DNA of 64,000 bases from the NCBI GenBank assembly GCA_003252535.1, contig QKDN01000046.1:27183-91182 (forward strand), in the 5' to 3' direction. This stretch comes from Campylobacterota bacterium. Its GTDB lineage: Bacteria; Campylobacterota; Campylobacteria; Campylobacterales; Sulfurovaceae. Made by a program: the position numbers and the translations under genes. Position 1 is the first letter of the stretch, and every line of letters starts with the position of its first letter. The notes under the pieces are model-generated. The model worked only from the letters and a program-made list of their open reading frames with translations, ran no database searches and was not told the DNA's origin. This document shows positions 1-11,261 of the stretch, one piece after another.

Positions 1-104
1 CGCAGTATCCTTTTTCATTCACCTCTCCTTCTTCATGTTCTGGTATGGTAGTAAAATCTCGATAATAAGAGAAAAAGTTTTTACGATTAGTTGCGCTATG
101 CAAG

Positions 105-716
105 CTATTTATAGAGTTCTCTCTTTCTTTTTTCCCTGACTATATAGAATATACTGATAAAGACCACCCCGGTAAGGGCGATGATCGTTGCGGTGCTCAG
201 GTATTTGCTCACCATCTCTTCGTTCGATCCCAGGAAATATCCGAGCAGCACCAGCACCACGACCCATATCCCGGCACCGAGAGCGGTGTACAGGGAGAAC
301 TTGGCGACATTCATCCTCGAAAGCCCGGCAGGGAGCGAGATGTACTGTCTGATACCCGGGAGCAGCCTGCCGTTGAAGGTCGATACTTCCCCGTGTTTGG
401 CAAAGAAGGTTTCGAGTTTGTTCAGGCTCTCCTCTTTGAGGAATATATATTTGCCGTAGCGTATCAGGAACTTTCTCCCCACGCTGAGGGCAAGGTAGTA
501 GTTGAAAAGGGCGCCAGCCAGCGATCCGCCGATACCGGCAAGTACGGCGAGATAGAGGTTCATCTCACCTTTGAAGGCCAGATACCCGGCGGGGATCATG
601 ACCACTTCACTCGGGAACGGGAAGAAACTGCTCTCGAGGAACATCAGGGCAAAGATGCCGAAGTATCCGATCTCTCCGATACTCTGTACTATCTGGTTGG
701 CTATTTCATGGATCAT
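105..716 (-). CDS. DedA/SNARE-associated family inner-membrane protein
   Basis: 203-aa multi-TM ORF; N-terminal [21 protein letters not shown] motif typical of DedA family. Confidence 0.75.
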   Translation of the reverse strand: MIHEIANQIVQSIGEIGYFGIFALMFLESSFFPFPSEVVMIPAGYLAFKGEMNLYLAVLAGIGGSLAGALFNYYLALSVGRKFLIRYGKYIFLKEESLNKLETFFAKHGEVSTFNGRLLPGIRQYISLPAGLSRMNVAKFSLYTALGAGIWVVVLVLLGYFLGSNEEMVSKYLSTATIIALTGVVFISIFYIVREKRKRELYK

Positions 717-757
717 TGGTAATGTCTCTGGCGGTGAATTATGGGGAGCCTGCGAAT

Positions 758-1693
758 CTATTCGCTGAAGGCCCCTACGGATGTAAGTTTCTGGTACCTT
801 TTCTCAAGAAGCTCGTCGACAGAGAGGGCTTTCAGCTCTGCCAGGGACTCGAGGTAGTAGCGCTTGAGCACTTCTGCCGCTTCTTTTTTGTTGCGGTGGG
901 CACCGATAAGCGGCTCATCGATGATCGCATCGATAAGCTTGTGCTCAAGGAGGTCCTGCGGCGTGATCTTGAGTGCTTTGGTAGCTGTCTCTACTTTCTC
1001 CGGGTCGTTCCAGAGGATCGCGGAGCATCCTTCAGGAGAGATGACCGAGAAAACCGAGTAGCGCATCATCGCAAGCCTGTCAGCTACGCCGATGGCGAGT
1101 GCACCGCCGCTTCCCCCTTCACCGATGACGATGGAGATCATCGGTATCCTGGTGCTTGCGAATTCGAAGAGGTTTCTGGCGATCGCTTCGCTCTGGCCTC
1201 TCTCCTCTGCACCGAGACCGGGGTATGCGCCCGGGGTGTCCACGAGCATAAGTACCGGTATCTCGAACTTCTCGGCAAGCCTGACGGCTCTGAGAGCTTT
1301 TCTGTACCCTTCAGGGTTTGGCATACCGAAGTTTCTTTTGATCTTGTTCTTGGTGCCGCGTCCTTTCTGTTCGCCGATCACCATCGTCTTGACACCATCG
1401 ATCCAGCCGATGTAGCAGACGATCGCCTGGTCGTCACGGAATGCTCTGTCGCCGTGTATCTCGTAGGCTCCATCAAGCATGTAACGGATATAGTCTAGCG
1501 CATAGGGGCGGTCAGGGTGGCGGGCAAGTCTCAGCTTCTGGTAGTCGTTGAGCGAGCCGAACGTCTTCTGAACCTCTTTATCAAGATCGCTTGCGAAGCT
1601 CTCTACAGCATATTCATCGCCGCGTGCCTTGGCTGACTCCAAATCTTGCTGGATAGATTCGATCTTACTCTCAAAATCAAGATATGTTGCCAT
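758..1693 (-). CDS. accA: acetyl-CoA carboxylase carboxyltransferase alpha subunit
   Basis: 311 aa, full-length similarity pattern to AccA ([11 protein letters not shown]..., GGSGGALA region); upstream of fabF/acpP. Confidence 0.9.
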   Translation of the reverse strand: MATYLDFESKIESIQQDLESAKARGDEYAVESFASDLDKEVQKTFGSLNDYQKLRLARHPDRPYALDYIRYMLDGAYEIHGDRAFRDDQAIVCYIGWIDGVKTMVIGEQKGRGTKNKIKRNFGMPNPEGYRKALRAVRLAEKFEIPVLMLVDTPGAYPGLGAEERGQSEAIARNLFEFASTRIPMISIVIGEGGSGGALAIGVADRLAMMRYSVFSVISPEGCSAILWNDPEKVETATKALKITPQDLLEHKLIDAIIDEPLIGAHRNKKEAAEVLKRYYLESLAELKALSVDELLEKRYQKLTSVGAFSE

Positions 1694-1702
1694 CAGGACT
1701 CC

Positions 1703-2920
1703 TTATAGTTTCTTGAATACGACTGCACCGTTGGTCCCGCCAAAACCGAACGAGTTGCTCATGGCAATACTGATCTCGACATTTCTCGACTCGTTCGGAA
1801 TGTAGTCGAGATCGCAGTTCTCATCCGGTGTAGTGTAGTTGATCGTCGGTGGGAGGATACTGTCTCTCATGGACATGAGCGTGACGACCGCTTCGATAGC
1901 GCCTGCAGCTCCGAGGCAGTGTCCGATCTGTCCTTTGATAGAACTTACCGGAGGACAGTTCTCTTTTTCGCCGAAGATCATCTTGATGGCGGCAGTTTCG
2001 TTCTTGTCGTTGGCCGGTGTGCTTGTGCCGTGGGCATTGATATAGTCGACCTTCGGGTTGCCTGCCATATTCATAGCGGCTCTCATGGCTCTGTACGGTC
2101 CGTCGACGACCGGTGAAGTGATGTGGTTGGCATCGCCGCTCTCACCGAATCCGATCACCTCGGCATAGATTCTCGCACCTCTTGCAACTGCGCTCTCGTA
2201 CTCTTCGAGGACCAGCGCACCCGCACCTTCTCCCATGACGAAGCCGCTTCTGTCGGCATCGAAAGGTCTTGAGGCTTTTGTCGGGTTCTCGTTGTCCGTG
2301 CAGAGCGCTTTCATCGCTGCAAAGCCGCCGATACCGGCACCGCAGATCGCTGATTCGGCACCTACGACGAGCATCTGATCGGCACCGCCGATCATGATGG
2401 TCTTGCATGCTTCACCGATAGCGTGTGTACCTGCTGCACAGGCAGTCACGCTTGAAAGGTTTGGTCCTTTGATCCCGTGCTCGATAGAGATGAAGCCTCC
2501 GAGCATATTGACCAGTGATGAGGGGATGAAGAAAGGAGAGATTCTTTTGGGTCCTCTGTTCTCACAGATGACGGAGTTCTTTTCGATGTTCGGGAGCCCG
2601 CCGATACCCGAGGCGGAGGAGACACCGAATCTCTCTTTGTCGATCGATTCGGGAAGATTCGCATCTTCGATAGCCTCTTTGGCAGCTTTGAGTCCCAGCT
2701 GGATGAATCTGTCGGCCTTTTTGACCTCTTTGGGGTCCATTACCGTGTTTGGATCAAAGTCGCTTATTTCACCGGCGATCTGGGCAGAAAACTCTGTCGG
2801 GTCAAAAAGGGTGATCCTTTTGATACCGCACTGACCCTCTACGATCGCTTTAAATGAACTCTCTTTGTCCAAACCAAGGCTGTTGATCATGCCTATACCT
2901 GTAACTACAACTCTTTTCAC
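1703..2920 (-). CDS. fabF: 3-oxoacyl-ACP synthase II
   Basis: 405 aa, MKRVVVTGIGMINSLG... ketoacyl synthase N/C domains, active-site Cys/His/His context; adjacent to acpP. Confidence 0.9.
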   Translation of the reverse strand: MKRVVVTGIGMINSLGLDKESSFKAIVEGQCGIKRITLFDPTEFSAQIAGEISDFDPNTVMDPKEVKKADRFIQLGLKAAKEAIEDANLPESIDKERFGVSSASGIGGLPNIEKNSVICENRGPKRISPFFIPSSLVNMLGGFISIEHGIKGPNLSSVTACAAGTHAIGEACKTIMIGGADQMLVVGAESAICGAGIGGFAAMKALCTDNENPTKASRPFDADRSGFVMGEGAGALVLEEYESAVARGARIYAEVIGFGESGDANHITSPVVDGPYRAMRAAMNMAGNPKVDYINAHGTSTPANDKNETAAIKMIFGEKENCPPVSSIKGQIGHCLGAAGAIEAVVTLMSMRDSILPPTINYTTPDENCDLDYIPNESRNVEISIAMSNSFGFGGTNGAVVFKKL

Positions 2921-3056
2921 TTCTGCTCCTAATCACTGTTTTTTGGGAAATCTGTCAAAATGCCTGCCGGATACGGTCCGGTATGAATGTAGTATTTTGA
3001 GAGATTACCCGATCTTATGGGGACAACCCTTCATCGACTGAAGGGTTATGGCCTGC

Positions 3057-3287
3057 TTACTTGTTCTCTTCGATAAACTTGATCGCGTCTGCAACCGTGA
3101 GAATGCTCTCAGCTTTATCATCAGGAATCTCGATATCGAACTTCTCTTCGAGCGCCATTACAAGCTCCACTACATCAAGGCTGTCTGCGCCGAGATCTTC
3201 GATGAACTTTGACTCCTCTTTTACCTCGTCAGGGCTTACATTGAGTTGCTCAACTACGACCTCTTTAACATCATCAAACAATGCCAT
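3057..3287 (-). CDS. acpP: acyl carrier protein
   Basis: 76 aa, [20 protein letters not shown] phosphopantetheine-attachment motif. Confidence 0.92.
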   Translation of the reverse strand: MALFDDVKEVVVEQLNVSPDEVKEESKFIEDLGADSLDVVELVMALEEKFDIEIPDDKAESILTVADAIKFIEENK

Positions 3288-3350
3288 AAATTTCTCCTTC
3301 AGTATAGTTAAAAATTACGCCTAAGTATAGCTAAAAAATGATAAAAGAGA

Positions 3351-3863
3351 CTAGTTGCCACCCGCTTCGAGGAGGGACTTTTTGATAAATGGATCGTGAA
3401 GGTGGCGTCCCTGTAACATAAGTTCGCTCATCCGCTCATAATCGAGGAGCTCGTCCGAGCGGTTTTCATAGGCGCCGAAGCCGTAGCCCATCGGTGTCTG
3501 GTCGATCCGGCTGTACCATGCGTGTTCGGCCTTGATCCATCTGCCGGTATCCTTCGTTCTGGTCATGACGAAATAGTTGTCTGTCGGGTGGACTTTGAGC
3601 CACAATACGACACACCCGATGTCATCGAAGAAATAGGTGATCCCCTCTTTTGTCACGATCTGCGCTGCATAGTGCATATCTTCGATATCCATGTCGCATT
3701 CGGAACACTTGTATTCGAAAGGCTTCAGGGAGATCGGCTTATGCTCCGTGTTCCCCTTCGCAACATATTTCGGCCCGTCCTCCCCGGACTGGGAGAGGAA
3801 AAGTAACACGATAGCTGCTGCCCCGATGAGGACGGAGAGGAGGGTGACAAAGAATTTTTTCAT
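3351..3863 (-). CDS. secreted NosL-like putative metal-binding protein
   Basis: 170 aa, N-terminal signal/TM, CSECDM...HYAAQIVTKEGITYFFDDIGC pattern reminiscent of NosL copper-binding family; weak call. Confidence 0.35.
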   Translation of the reverse strand: MKKFFVTLLSVLIGAAAIVLLFLSQSGEDGPKYVAKGNTEHKPISLKPFEYKCSECDMDIEDMHYAAQIVTKEGITYFFDDIGCVVLWLKVHPTDNYFVMTRTKDTGRWIKAEHAWYSRIDQTPMGYGFGAYENRSDELLDYERMSELMLQGRHLHDPFIKKSLLEAGGN

Positions 3864-4828
3864 AAAAAGGCTCCGGTTTTAATGTAGTATAATAATATAT
3901 ATAAGCTGTTGAGTGTGACAAAAAAGATGAGCAGCCAGAGGGAGAGTCGTTTGAGCCTGGGAAGATGTTCTGAAAAGAAAAGTTTCATGATCACATAGTC
4001 AAGCGCGCTCCACACGCTCAAAAAGAGCAGCCCCCAGAGCAGGTAGCCGACGTAATGGTACTCCTTCTGGAGCATACAGAAAGGGCACTTGTGGGTAGGG
4101 AGCTCATAGACATAAGTGCCGAAAAGATACACGACGCCGTAATAGGCAACGGGCAAAAACGCGATATTGGCCAGCAGCAGCCCGATATCGTTCTCGCCTA
4201 TGTGCATCAGGACGATAAAGAGGAAGAGGAGGTAAAATAGTCCGGCAAGCCGGATCGTATCAAGTCCGAAGGGGAGCATATTGGCCCCGTCGAGCTGGCC
4301 GAATATCACGGAACAGCAAGTGACCGGTTTAACCGTCGAGATATGGGTGAAGTAGAGCAGGTCGAGGAGGTACTCGGCTGCAAAGAGGAGGAACATCCCG
4401 GCAAAGAGCCACGATTTGATCCTGTGCCAGGGGTACTCTCTGGCGCTGAGGTCAAGTCTGTTGATCGATATCCAGAAGAGGCTCAGGAAGAGGAGGACGA
4501 TCTTGAGGGCAAGAAGGACGTTGCCGTAACCGTTAGCCTTGATCACACCGGCCGCGCACATGGCCCCCGGGATGATGAGCGCAAGGCGGTCGAGGGTGTA
4601 GGCGAAGTAGACGAGCAGCAGTGATTTGAGTATCAGGACGAAATAGATGATGCTCATCACGAGATAGGAGCGCTTCTCCAGACGGAGCTGCCCCTCGTCG
4701 AACGAGCTGTAGTCCCATTTGGCTATCAGCGCAGGGAGGGCGATGGCAGCAAGGGTGAGGAGCGCGAAGAGGATCGTTTCAGAGACAAGATAGATGATCA
4801 CTTCGTTGCTGAGCAGTACCTCATTCAT
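3860..4828 (-). CDS. integral membrane protein (multi-TM), unknown function
   Basis: 322 aa, about 8 hydrophobic segments, 4-nt overlap with upstream ORF (operon). Confidence 0.5.
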   Translation of the reverse strand: MNEVLLSNEVIIYLVSETILFALLTLAAIALPALIAKWDYSSFDEGQLRLEKRSYLVMSIIYFVLILKSLLLVYFAYTLDRLALIIPGAMCAAGVIKANGYGNVLLALKIVLLFLSLFWISINRLDLSAREYPWHRIKSWLFAGMFLLFAAEYLLDLLYFTHISTVKPVTCCSVIFGQLDGANMLPFGLDTIRLAGLFYLLFLFIVLMHIGENDIGLLLANIAFLPVAYYGVVYLFGTYVYELPTHKCPFCMLQKEYHYVGYLLWGLLFLSVWSALDYVIMKLFFSEHLPRLKRLSLWLLIFFVTLNSLYILLYYIKTGAFL

Positions 4829-4840
4829 GGGCAGGTACCA

Positions 4841-6172
4841 TCAGAGGATAGGCTTTCTGTTGACGGTCAGAGCGTTCCTGTCATAATCGAATTCGAAGAA
4901 CTTGCCGTCGTCCTTCTCTACCGGTTCGAGGGTCAGCCAAACAAGGGTCAGCTGCGGCAGGTCGAGGAGATAGCTGTAGAGTCCTTTGGAGAGGAGGATA
5001 TCGAGATGGATCGTGGTATAGGGGAGGGCGGTGAGCGGCTGGGCGAGGGCAAGGGTCCAGTTGATATCCTCGGTGATATTGAGCGTGCCCTGGGACTCAA
5101 GCCCGTCAAGCGCCTTTGTACCCCGGTCGGTATAGAGCCTGGAGAGTTTCAGCTCTTTGAGCTGCAGCTGCGTTTTGGGTGTAACGAGGGTGGCGAGGAG
5201 TTTGTCAGTGGCGACCAGTTCCCCCTCCTGCATCTCGTCGAGCACTTTTGTCGAGATGTCTGAGAGTATGATATCGGCGGAGAGGCCGTCGAACATCCAT
5301 ACTGTATGATCGTCCCTGAGCCTGATCTTCGTAGCATCGGCGATCACCCCCAGGTCGAGGCGATGATCGGCATCCTTACCGTCAGTGCTCTTGCCGTGTG
5401 TAGTGATATTGATATCGACGGCTTCGATACCGTTGCCGTCGTCCAGCATCGCGGCAAGTTTGTGCGCGCGGTAGGTAGCGTTGAAATCATAGAGTGTATC
5501 GGGTACTTTCCTGAAAGAGCTTTCGGCCTTCTCCAGCAGGATCGTAAAGTCATGCTCTTTTTTGAGCGTTATTTTCCCGATGTTCAGATAGGAGCCGAGG
5601 AGCGCCGAATCGTTGTATTCGCCGCCGAACTTCGCATCTTTGAGGAGCAGTGTGAGGCTCTCGTCCCCTTCAAAGACGGTATCGATATCCCCGAGGTTCC
5701 CGCTGTACTCGTTCTGCCACTGATCTATATCGATATGGGCCCGGAAAAGTTTTTCACTGATCAGTTTTTCATAGAGTTTATGCTGGAAGGGGGTCGCGTT
5801 CTCTTTGAGCTCTTTGGGGAGATCGAGCAGGTAGAGGTCGGCAGAGAGGGCATGGAAGAACCCTTTGAGATAGCTGATCTCGAGTCCGACCCGAAGCCCT
5901 TTCATGATCGCTGCATCATCGTCACTGATATCGATATCGTAGTGTTCGAGGTAGGCATTGATACGCTGGGTATCGTTGCATGTGATGAGATAGCGGTCCT
6001 TGCTCTCCAGCCGTTCGTCGAGTTTGACATCGAAGCCGTTGAGCTCGAGCTCTTCGAGATACCACGAGACGATGGCCCGGAGCTCAGCGGTGAGCTGCTT
6101 GGCCCCGAAGGTGTAGTAGTACCCCAGTGCGCTGACGATGATGGCAGCGAAGAGGGTGACGATGCGTTTCAT
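4841..6172 (-). CDS. secreted hypothetical protein
   Basis: 443 aa, N-terminal signal-anchor MKRIVTLFAAIIVSALG, no recognisable catalytic motif. Confidence 0.5.
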   Translation of the reverse strand: MKRIVTLFAAIIVSALGYYYTFGAKQLTAELRAIVSWYLEELELNGFDVKLDERLESKDRYLITCNDTQRINAYLEHYDIDISDDDAAIMKGLRVGLEISYLKGFFHALSADLYLLDLPKELKENATPFQHKLYEKLISEKLFRAHIDIDQWQNEYSGNLGDIDTVFEGDESLTLLLKDAKFGGEYNDSALLGSYLNIGKITLKKEHDFTILLEKAESSFRKVPDTLYDFNATYRAHKLAAMLDDGNGIEAVDINITTHGKSTDGKDADHRLDLGVIADATKIRLRDDHTVWMFDGLSADIILSDISTKVLDEMQEGELVATDKLLATLVTPKTQLQLKELKLSRLYTDRGTKALDGLESQGTLNITEDINWTLALAQPLTALPYTTIHLDILLSKGLYSYLLDLPQLTLVWLTLEPVEKDDGKFFEFDYDRNALTVNRKPIL

Positions 6173-6177
6173 TCATA

Positions 6178-7260
6178 TCAGCTTTGGGGATAGAGGGCTT
6201 TGAGGTGATCCATCTTCCTGCCCATATTGAGCAGTACCATATCGGCGAGGACTAGCGCCATCATCGACTCGCAGACAATGCTGCCGCGTATCGCGACGCA
6301 GGGGTCGTGCCGCCCCTTGAGGAAGTAGGTCTGATCGTTGTTGTGGACATCGACCGTCTTCTGCTCGATGAAGATCGACGGAGTAGGCTTGAAATAGACT
6401 TTGGTGATGATATCGTCGCCGTTGCTGATCCCGCCGAGTATCCCCCCGGCGTGGTTGCTCTCGAACCCTTTCGAGGTGATCTGGTCATTGTTACGGCTCC
6501 CTTTGCTGCGGCTGGCAGCCACACCGTCGCCAATCTCGACAGCTTTGACCGCGTTGAGCCCCATCATCGCATCGGCTATGGCACCGTCGAGCTTGCGGTA
6601 CATCGGCTCTCCCAGTCCTGCGGGTGCTCCCGTGACCCTGATATAGGCTGCACCGCCGACCGAATCGTGGGCATTGAGCGCCTGTTCCACGGCTTCTTTC
6701 TGCGCCTCCTCCACCGATGGATCGAGGGCGAATATCTGGCTCTGCTTCGCATGTTCGAAGTCGAGGTTCTCACCGGCATGGATACCGTCTATCTCGACGA
6801 TGCCGCTCATCACCCCTATCCCCAGCTCTCTGAGCATCAGTTTGGCGATCGCTCCCGCCGCTACCCTCGCTGCCGTTTCGCGCGCCGAGCTCCTGCCGCC
6901 GCCGCGGTAGTCCCTGATCCCGTACTTGTGGAAGTAGGTGTAGTCGGCATGGCCCGGGCGGAAGAGGTCCTTGACATTGGAGTAGTCCTTGCTCTTCTGG
7001 TTCTCGTTGTAGATCACCATCGCTATTGGAGTCCCGGTGGTTTTCCCCTCGAAGACCCCCGAGAGGATCTCGACGGTGTCGCTCTCCTTGCGCTGTGTTT
7101 CGAACTTGCTCTTGCCAGGTTTGCGGCGGTCAAGCTCGCTCTGGATGAAGGCTTCGTCGATCTCCAGTCCTGCCGGGACGCCGTCTACGACACACCCGAG
7201 CGCTTTGCCGTGGGACTCTCCGAATGTCGTGAATGCAAATCTCTCTCCGAACCTGTTCAT
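6178..7260 (-). CDS. aroC: chorismate synthase
   Basis: 360 aa, [31 protein letters not shown] conserved AroC N-terminus. Confidence 0.92.
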   Translation of the reverse strand: MNRFGERFAFTTFGESHGKALGCVVDGVPAGLEIDEAFIQSELDRRKPGKSKFETQRKESDTVEILSGVFEGKTTGTPIAMVIYNENQKSKDYSNVKDLFRPGHADYTYFHKYGIRDYRGGGRSSARETAARVAAGAIAKLMLRELGIGVMSGIVEIDGIHAGENLDFEHAKQSQIFALDPSVEEAQKEAVEQALNAHDSVGGAAYIRVTGAPAGLGEPMYRKLDGAIADAMMGLNAVKAVEIGDGVAASRSKGSRNNDQITSKGFESNHAGGILGGISNGDDIITKVYFKPTPSIFIEQKTVDVHNNDQTYFLKGRHDPCVAIRGSIVCESMMALVLADMVLLNMGRKMDHLKALYPQS

Positions 7261-7940
7261 AGTTCCTCCTCACCTTTGAGCTTCTCGAGCGCTACCTTGG
7301 CCGCTTTCTGCTGGGCATCCTTCTTGCTCTTCCCCTGGCCTGCGGCGATCGTCTCGCCGTTCAGCGTGATGGCTACTTCGAACTCTTTCTGGTGGTCGGG
7401 GCCGAACGAGCGGATCAGCTCGTAGGTGGGGGTGACACCGTGGGTAGCCTGGGTAAGCTCCTGGAGAGCTGTCTTGAAGTCCCTTGAGAGGGACTGGAGG
7501 TCGATCTTCTTGTGGGTTTCGTTGAGGAGGCCGATCACGATCTTTTTGACCGTCTCGAGTCCCCCTTCGAGGTAGATGGCTCCCATGACCGCTTCGAATG
7601 CATTGGAGAGGAGGGAGGATTTGTTGCGGCCGTTGTTGTTCTCTTCGGCCGGGGAGAGGTAGATATACTGTCCCAGACCGATCCGCTTGGCTATCATGGT
7701 GAAACCGTTCTCGTTGACCAGTGAGGCGCGGGTCTTGGAGAGGACCCCTTCGTTGGACTCGGGGAACTTCTCGAAGAGATACTCCCCTACGATGAGATCG
7801 AGCACAGCGTCGCCGAGGAACTCTAGGCGCTCGTTGTTGTAGGGTTTTTTGTAGCTCTTGTGGGTGAGAGCCTCAATGATGAGCTCTTTGTTCCTGAAAC
7901 TGTAACCGAGTCTCTTTTCAAGTTCATGAAAGTCGTTCAT
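7257..7940 (-). CDS. rnc: ribonuclease III
   Basis: 227 aa, [13 protein letters not shown] RNase III signature plus C-terminal dsRBD. Confidence 0.92.
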   Translation of the reverse strand: MNDFHELEKRLGYSFRNKELIIEALTHKSYKKPYNNERLEFLGDAVLDLIVGEYLFEKFPESNEGVLSKTRASLVNENGFTMIAKRIGLGQYIYLSPAEENNNGRNKSSLLSNAFEAVMGAIYLEGGLETVKKIVIGLLNETHKKIDLQSLSRDFKTALQELTQATHGVTPTYELIRSFGPDHQKEFEVAITLNGETIAAGQGKSKKDAQQKAAKVALEKLKGEEEL

Positions 7941-7951
7941 TGGTCTTTTCC

Positions 7952-8395
7952 TTAGAGTTTTTCTTTGATCTTAGCCGCTTCTTCACGGGCGAGGCGGTCG
8001 CATATCTCGTTCTCTTCGTGTCCGTTGTGTCCCCTGACCCACTCGGCGCTGACACGGTGGGGTGCGGATACTTGGAGGTACTCCTGCCAGAGATCGACGT
8101 TCTTGACCTTGGCGAAGTGTTTGCGTACCCATCCCTCCAGCCATTCGTTGATCGCTTTGACGACATAGGAGCTGTCGGAGACGATATGGACGGCGCAGGG
8201 CTCTTTGAGCATCTTCATCCCCTCGATGACGGCGCGGAGCTCCATGCGGTTGTTGGTGGTGTGGTCCTCGCCGCCGCTGAACTCCTTGCGGTTCCCTTTG
8301 TACTCGAGTATTCCGCCGTAGCCGCCTGGACCTGGATTGCCGAGACTCGAGCCGTCACAATAGAGAGTAATCTGTTTGAGCGCTCTGTTTGACAA
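7952..8395 (-). CDS. rnhA: ribonuclease HI
   Basis: 147 aa, [17 protein letters not shown] ... RNase H fold motifs. Confidence 0.9.
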   Translation of the reverse strand: MSNRALKQITLYCDGSSLGNPGPGGYGGILEYKGNRKEFSGGEDHTTNNRMELRAVIEGMKMLKEPCAVHIVSDSSYVVKAINEWLEGWVRKHFAKVKNVDLWQEYLQVSAPHRVSAEWVRGHNGHEENEICDRLAREEAAKIKEKL

Positions 8396-9401
8396 TCTCT
8401 TCCTCCACTTCTATACGGTTTATCGCCAGACAATGAGGGCAGCGTACGAACGATATGGGGAAGTTCTGTTTGCATTTCTTGCACAGGTAACCAAATGACA
8501 GGTCCCCCTCCTCATATCCGCTCATCCTGCTTGAAAGCAGCATATCCACGGCAAAAATACCGCACGGCTGCGGCGCTCTTTGGCGTAGATATCCCCTGGC
8601 ATAGTAGACTGCCTGAAGCTGTTCATTGTTCGATATTATATCCAAATCGAGTTGTGCATAAGGCAAGTACCACAAAATATCGAGTATCTCGCGCAGTCTT
8701 TGGGTGTCGACCAGCTCCCATGCCTTGCGGGTGTCGAGCCTGAAAAGATGGGTGAGGATTGGGCGGTAGAGCGAGCTGTCCTCTTCGAGCAGCCGCTCAA
8801 GGGCGGCGATCTTCTGGGCTCCGGCCGTTTTCTTTTCCGAGGCGATCATCTCGAAGCGGAGGAAGCGTTCGAGGGCAGCGGTATCCTCTCCCATCGTTTT
8901 GAGCGGCTCGATCGTCTCAAGCGCTTTTTTGTACTCCTTGGTCATCTCGTAGATCACCCCCAGCCTGTAGAGCAGCTTGACATCGCGTGGGTGCTGGCGG
9001 AGTATCTCCAGATAGATCACCCGCGCGCGTTCGAGAAATCCTGCGTGCATATAGGTCTGGGCAAGATGCTTGAGCAGGTCGGTATTGTCGATAGGGTTGG
9101 TGGCGTGTTTGATGAGGTAGAGATAGATGTTGATTGCCTTGTGGTACTGGCCGCTGTTCTCGAATGCATTGGCCAGCAGGGTGAGCGGACGGAGCATCGC
9201 TTCTTCAAAAGGCATATTCGAGGTATCGAGGAGACATTCGCTGTTGTCGAACTTCTCAAGGAACCTGTGGAGGACGCTCTTCTCTTTTTGTTGTTTGTAA
9301 AGACCCCATACGAAGGTCATGATGGCGATGATGAGACTGAGCACCACGATGATAAGGATACTGAAAAGGGGGTCGCGGTATGAGGGGAGTATACTGTCCA
9401 C
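8355..9401 (-). CDS. TPR-repeat membrane-anchored protein with C-terminal CxxC...CxxC zinc ribbon (LapB/YciM-like)
   Basis: 348 aa, N-terminal TM, TPR-like helical repeats, C-terminal CKKCKQ...CPHC rubredoxin-like motif as in LapB. Confidence 0.5.
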   Translation of the reverse strand: MDSILPSYRDPLFSILIIVVLSLIIAIMTFVWGLYKQQKEKSVLHRFLEKFDNSECLLDTSNMPFEEAMLRPLTLLANAFENSGQYHKAINIYLYLIKHATNPIDNTDLLKHLAQTYMHAGFLERARVIYLEILRQHPRDVKLLYRLGVIYEMTKEYKKALETIEPLKTMGEDTAALERFLRFEMIASEKKTAGAQKIAALERLLEEDSSLYRPILTHLFRLDTRKAWELVDTQRLREILDILWYLPYAQLDLDIISNNEQLQAVYYARGYLRQRAPQPCGIFAVDMLLSSRMSGYEEGDLSFGYLCKKCKQNFPISFVRCPHCLAINRIEVEEEIVKQSAQTDYSLL

Positions 9402-9677
9402 CTGTCCTCCTTGGTTTCGTTTGGATACCCCGGTATTATCTCCAATCTACCAATAGAGAGAGCTGAATCAGGATAGATAAAGCAATAATTAATATTAAAT
9501 TGGATAAAATTGCTCCCCCTTAAAACCAGATATTTCAGGTTTTGATGCAAAGGGACTGCGTGAAGAATCTTTGGTTAACACGCACCGATTACTCAAGGAT
9601 TGGATTGCATACACATCCGCAATCCACGCAAAAAAGGGATTTTTCCCAACCAGGTGCAAAAATTCGTAGGAGTCACC

Positions 9678-9791
9678 ATGAAGGTTAGACCATCAGTCAA
9701 AAAAATGTGCGACGATTGCAAAGTAATCAAGCGCAAGGGTATCGTCCGCGTGATTTGTAAAAATCCAAAACATAAACAGAGACAAGGATAA
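9678..9791 (+). CDS. rpmJ: 50S ribosomal protein L36
   Basis: 37 aa [37 protein letters not shown] inside the 9600..9791 ORF; RBS upstream. Confidence 0.85.
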   Translation: MKVRPSVKKMCDDCKVIKRKGIVRVICKNPKHKQRQG

Positions 9792-9793
9792 TT

Positions 9794-10156
9794 ATGGCTC
9801 GTATTGCAGGTGTTGATTTACCGACAAAAAAGAGAATGGAGTACGCTCTGACTTATATCTACGGTATCGGACTACACACATCAAGAAAAATCCTTGATGC
9901 TACAGGTATCGATTATAACAAAAGAGTTTATGAGATCACGGATGCAGAAGCTGCGGATATCCGTAACGAGATCCAGAACAACTATGTAGTTGAGGGTGAT
10001 TTGAGAAAGCAGGTTGCTATGGACATCAAAGCGTTGATGGACCTTGGTAACTATAGAGGTCTTAGACATAGAAAAGGACTCCCTGTTCGTGGTCAGAAAA
10101 CTAAGACAAATGCAAGAACTCGCAAGGGTAAAAGAAAAACCGTTGGCTCGGCTTAA
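9794..10156 (+). CDS. rpsM: 30S ribosomal protein S13
   Basis: 120 aa, [10 protein letters not shown]... canonical S13. Confidence 0.95.
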   Translation: MARIAGVDLPTKKRMEYALTYIYGIGLHTSRKILDATGIDYNKRVYEITDAEAADIRNEIQNNYVVEGDLRKQVAMDIKALMDLGNYRGLRHRKGLPVRGQKTKTNARTRKGKRKTVGSA

Positions 10157-10172
10157 TCAGGAGTAGTAGAGT

Positions 10173-10547
10173 ATGGCTAAGAAAAAAGCAAAAAAGAGTA
10201 TCGCTAAAGGTGTGGTTTACGTAGCTGCAACTTTCAATAATACTGTGATCACCGTTACAGATGAGATGGGAAATGTTATCTCTTGGAGCAGTGCAGGTGC
10301 ACTCGGATTCAAAGGTAGTAAAAAATCTACTCCGTTCGCAGCACAACAGGCTGTAGACGATGCGCTCACAAAAGCAAAAGAGAACGGTGTCAAAGAAGTT
10401 GGTATCAAAGTACAGGGACCAGGTTCAGGTAGAGACACAGCTGTAAAAGCTATCGGTTCTACTGAAGGTATCCGTGTTACTTTCCTCAAGGACATCACAC
10501 CGCTTCCACACAACGGTTGTAGACCTCCTAAAAAGAGAAGAGTATAA
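10173..10547 (+). CDS. rpsK: 30S ribosomal protein S11
   Basis: 124 aa canonical S11. Confidence 0.95.
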   Translation: MAKKKAKKSIAKGVVYVAATFNNTVITVTDEMGNVISWSSAGALGFKGSKKSTPFAAQQAVDDALTKAKENGVKEVGIKVQGPGSGRDTAVKAIGSTEGIRVTFLKDITPLPHNGCRPPKKRRV

Positions 10548-10612
10548 TTTTTTTGAGCAGATAGCATACGAGCTGTCTTAAGTATTTTGAATAGAAAAAT
10601 AAAGGTAACATA

Positions 10613-11239
10613 ATGGCAAGATATACAGGTCCAGTTGAAAAACTAGAAAGAAGACTTGGTGTTGATCTTGGGTTGAAAGGTGAGCGTAGACTTGCCGGTA
10701 AGAGCGCTCTTGAGAAGAGACCTTATGCACCGGGTCAGCATGGACAAAGAAGAGCAAAGATCAGCGAATACGGTCTTCAACTTCGTGAAAAACAAAAAGC
10801 TAAGTTCATGTACGGCGTAAGCGAGAAGCAGTTCAGAACTCTTTACAAAGAGGCGAACCGCAAAGAGGGTAACACTGGTAACATCCTTATTCAGCTTCTC
10901 GAGCAGAGACTTGACAACGTAGTATACAGAATGGGCTTCGCTACAACAAGAGCATCTGCAAGGCAGTTCGTAACTCACGGACACATCCTTGTAGACGGTA
11001 AAAGAGTGAACATCCCTTCTTACCGTGTCAAAGCAGGTCAGAAAGTCGAGATCAGAGAAAAAAGCAAAACCAATCCACAAATCGTAAGAAGTATCGAACT
11101 TACAAACCAGACCGGTATCGTAGAATGGGTAGATGTGGACAAAGAGAAACTCTTTGGAATCTACACAAGAGTACCGGAAAGAGAAGAGATTTCAATCCCG
11201 GTTGAAGAGCGTCTAATCGTTGAGCTTTACTCTAAATAA
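10613..11239 (+). CDS. rpsD: 30S ribosomal protein S4
   Basis: 208 aa, MARYTGPV... canonical S4. Confidence 0.95.
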   Translation: MARYTGPVEKLERRLGVDLGLKGERRLAGKSALEKRPYAPGQHGQRRAKISEYGLQLREKQKAKFMYGVSEKQFRTLYKEANRKEGNTGNILIQLLEQRLDNVVYRMGFATTRASARQFVTHGHILVDGKRVNIPSYRVKAGQKVEIREKSKTNPQIVRSIELTNQTGIVEWVDVDKEKLFGIYTRVPEREEISIPVEERLIVELYSK

Positions 11240-11261
11240 TAAACAAGTAAAGGGTTAACCT

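Noticed and set aside
6261-7425. ORFs 6261..6533 (-) and 6307..7425 (+) overlapping aroC
   Set aside because: Alternative-frame or antisense reading of the chorismate synthase gene with low-complexity Ser/Arg/Ala-rich translation.
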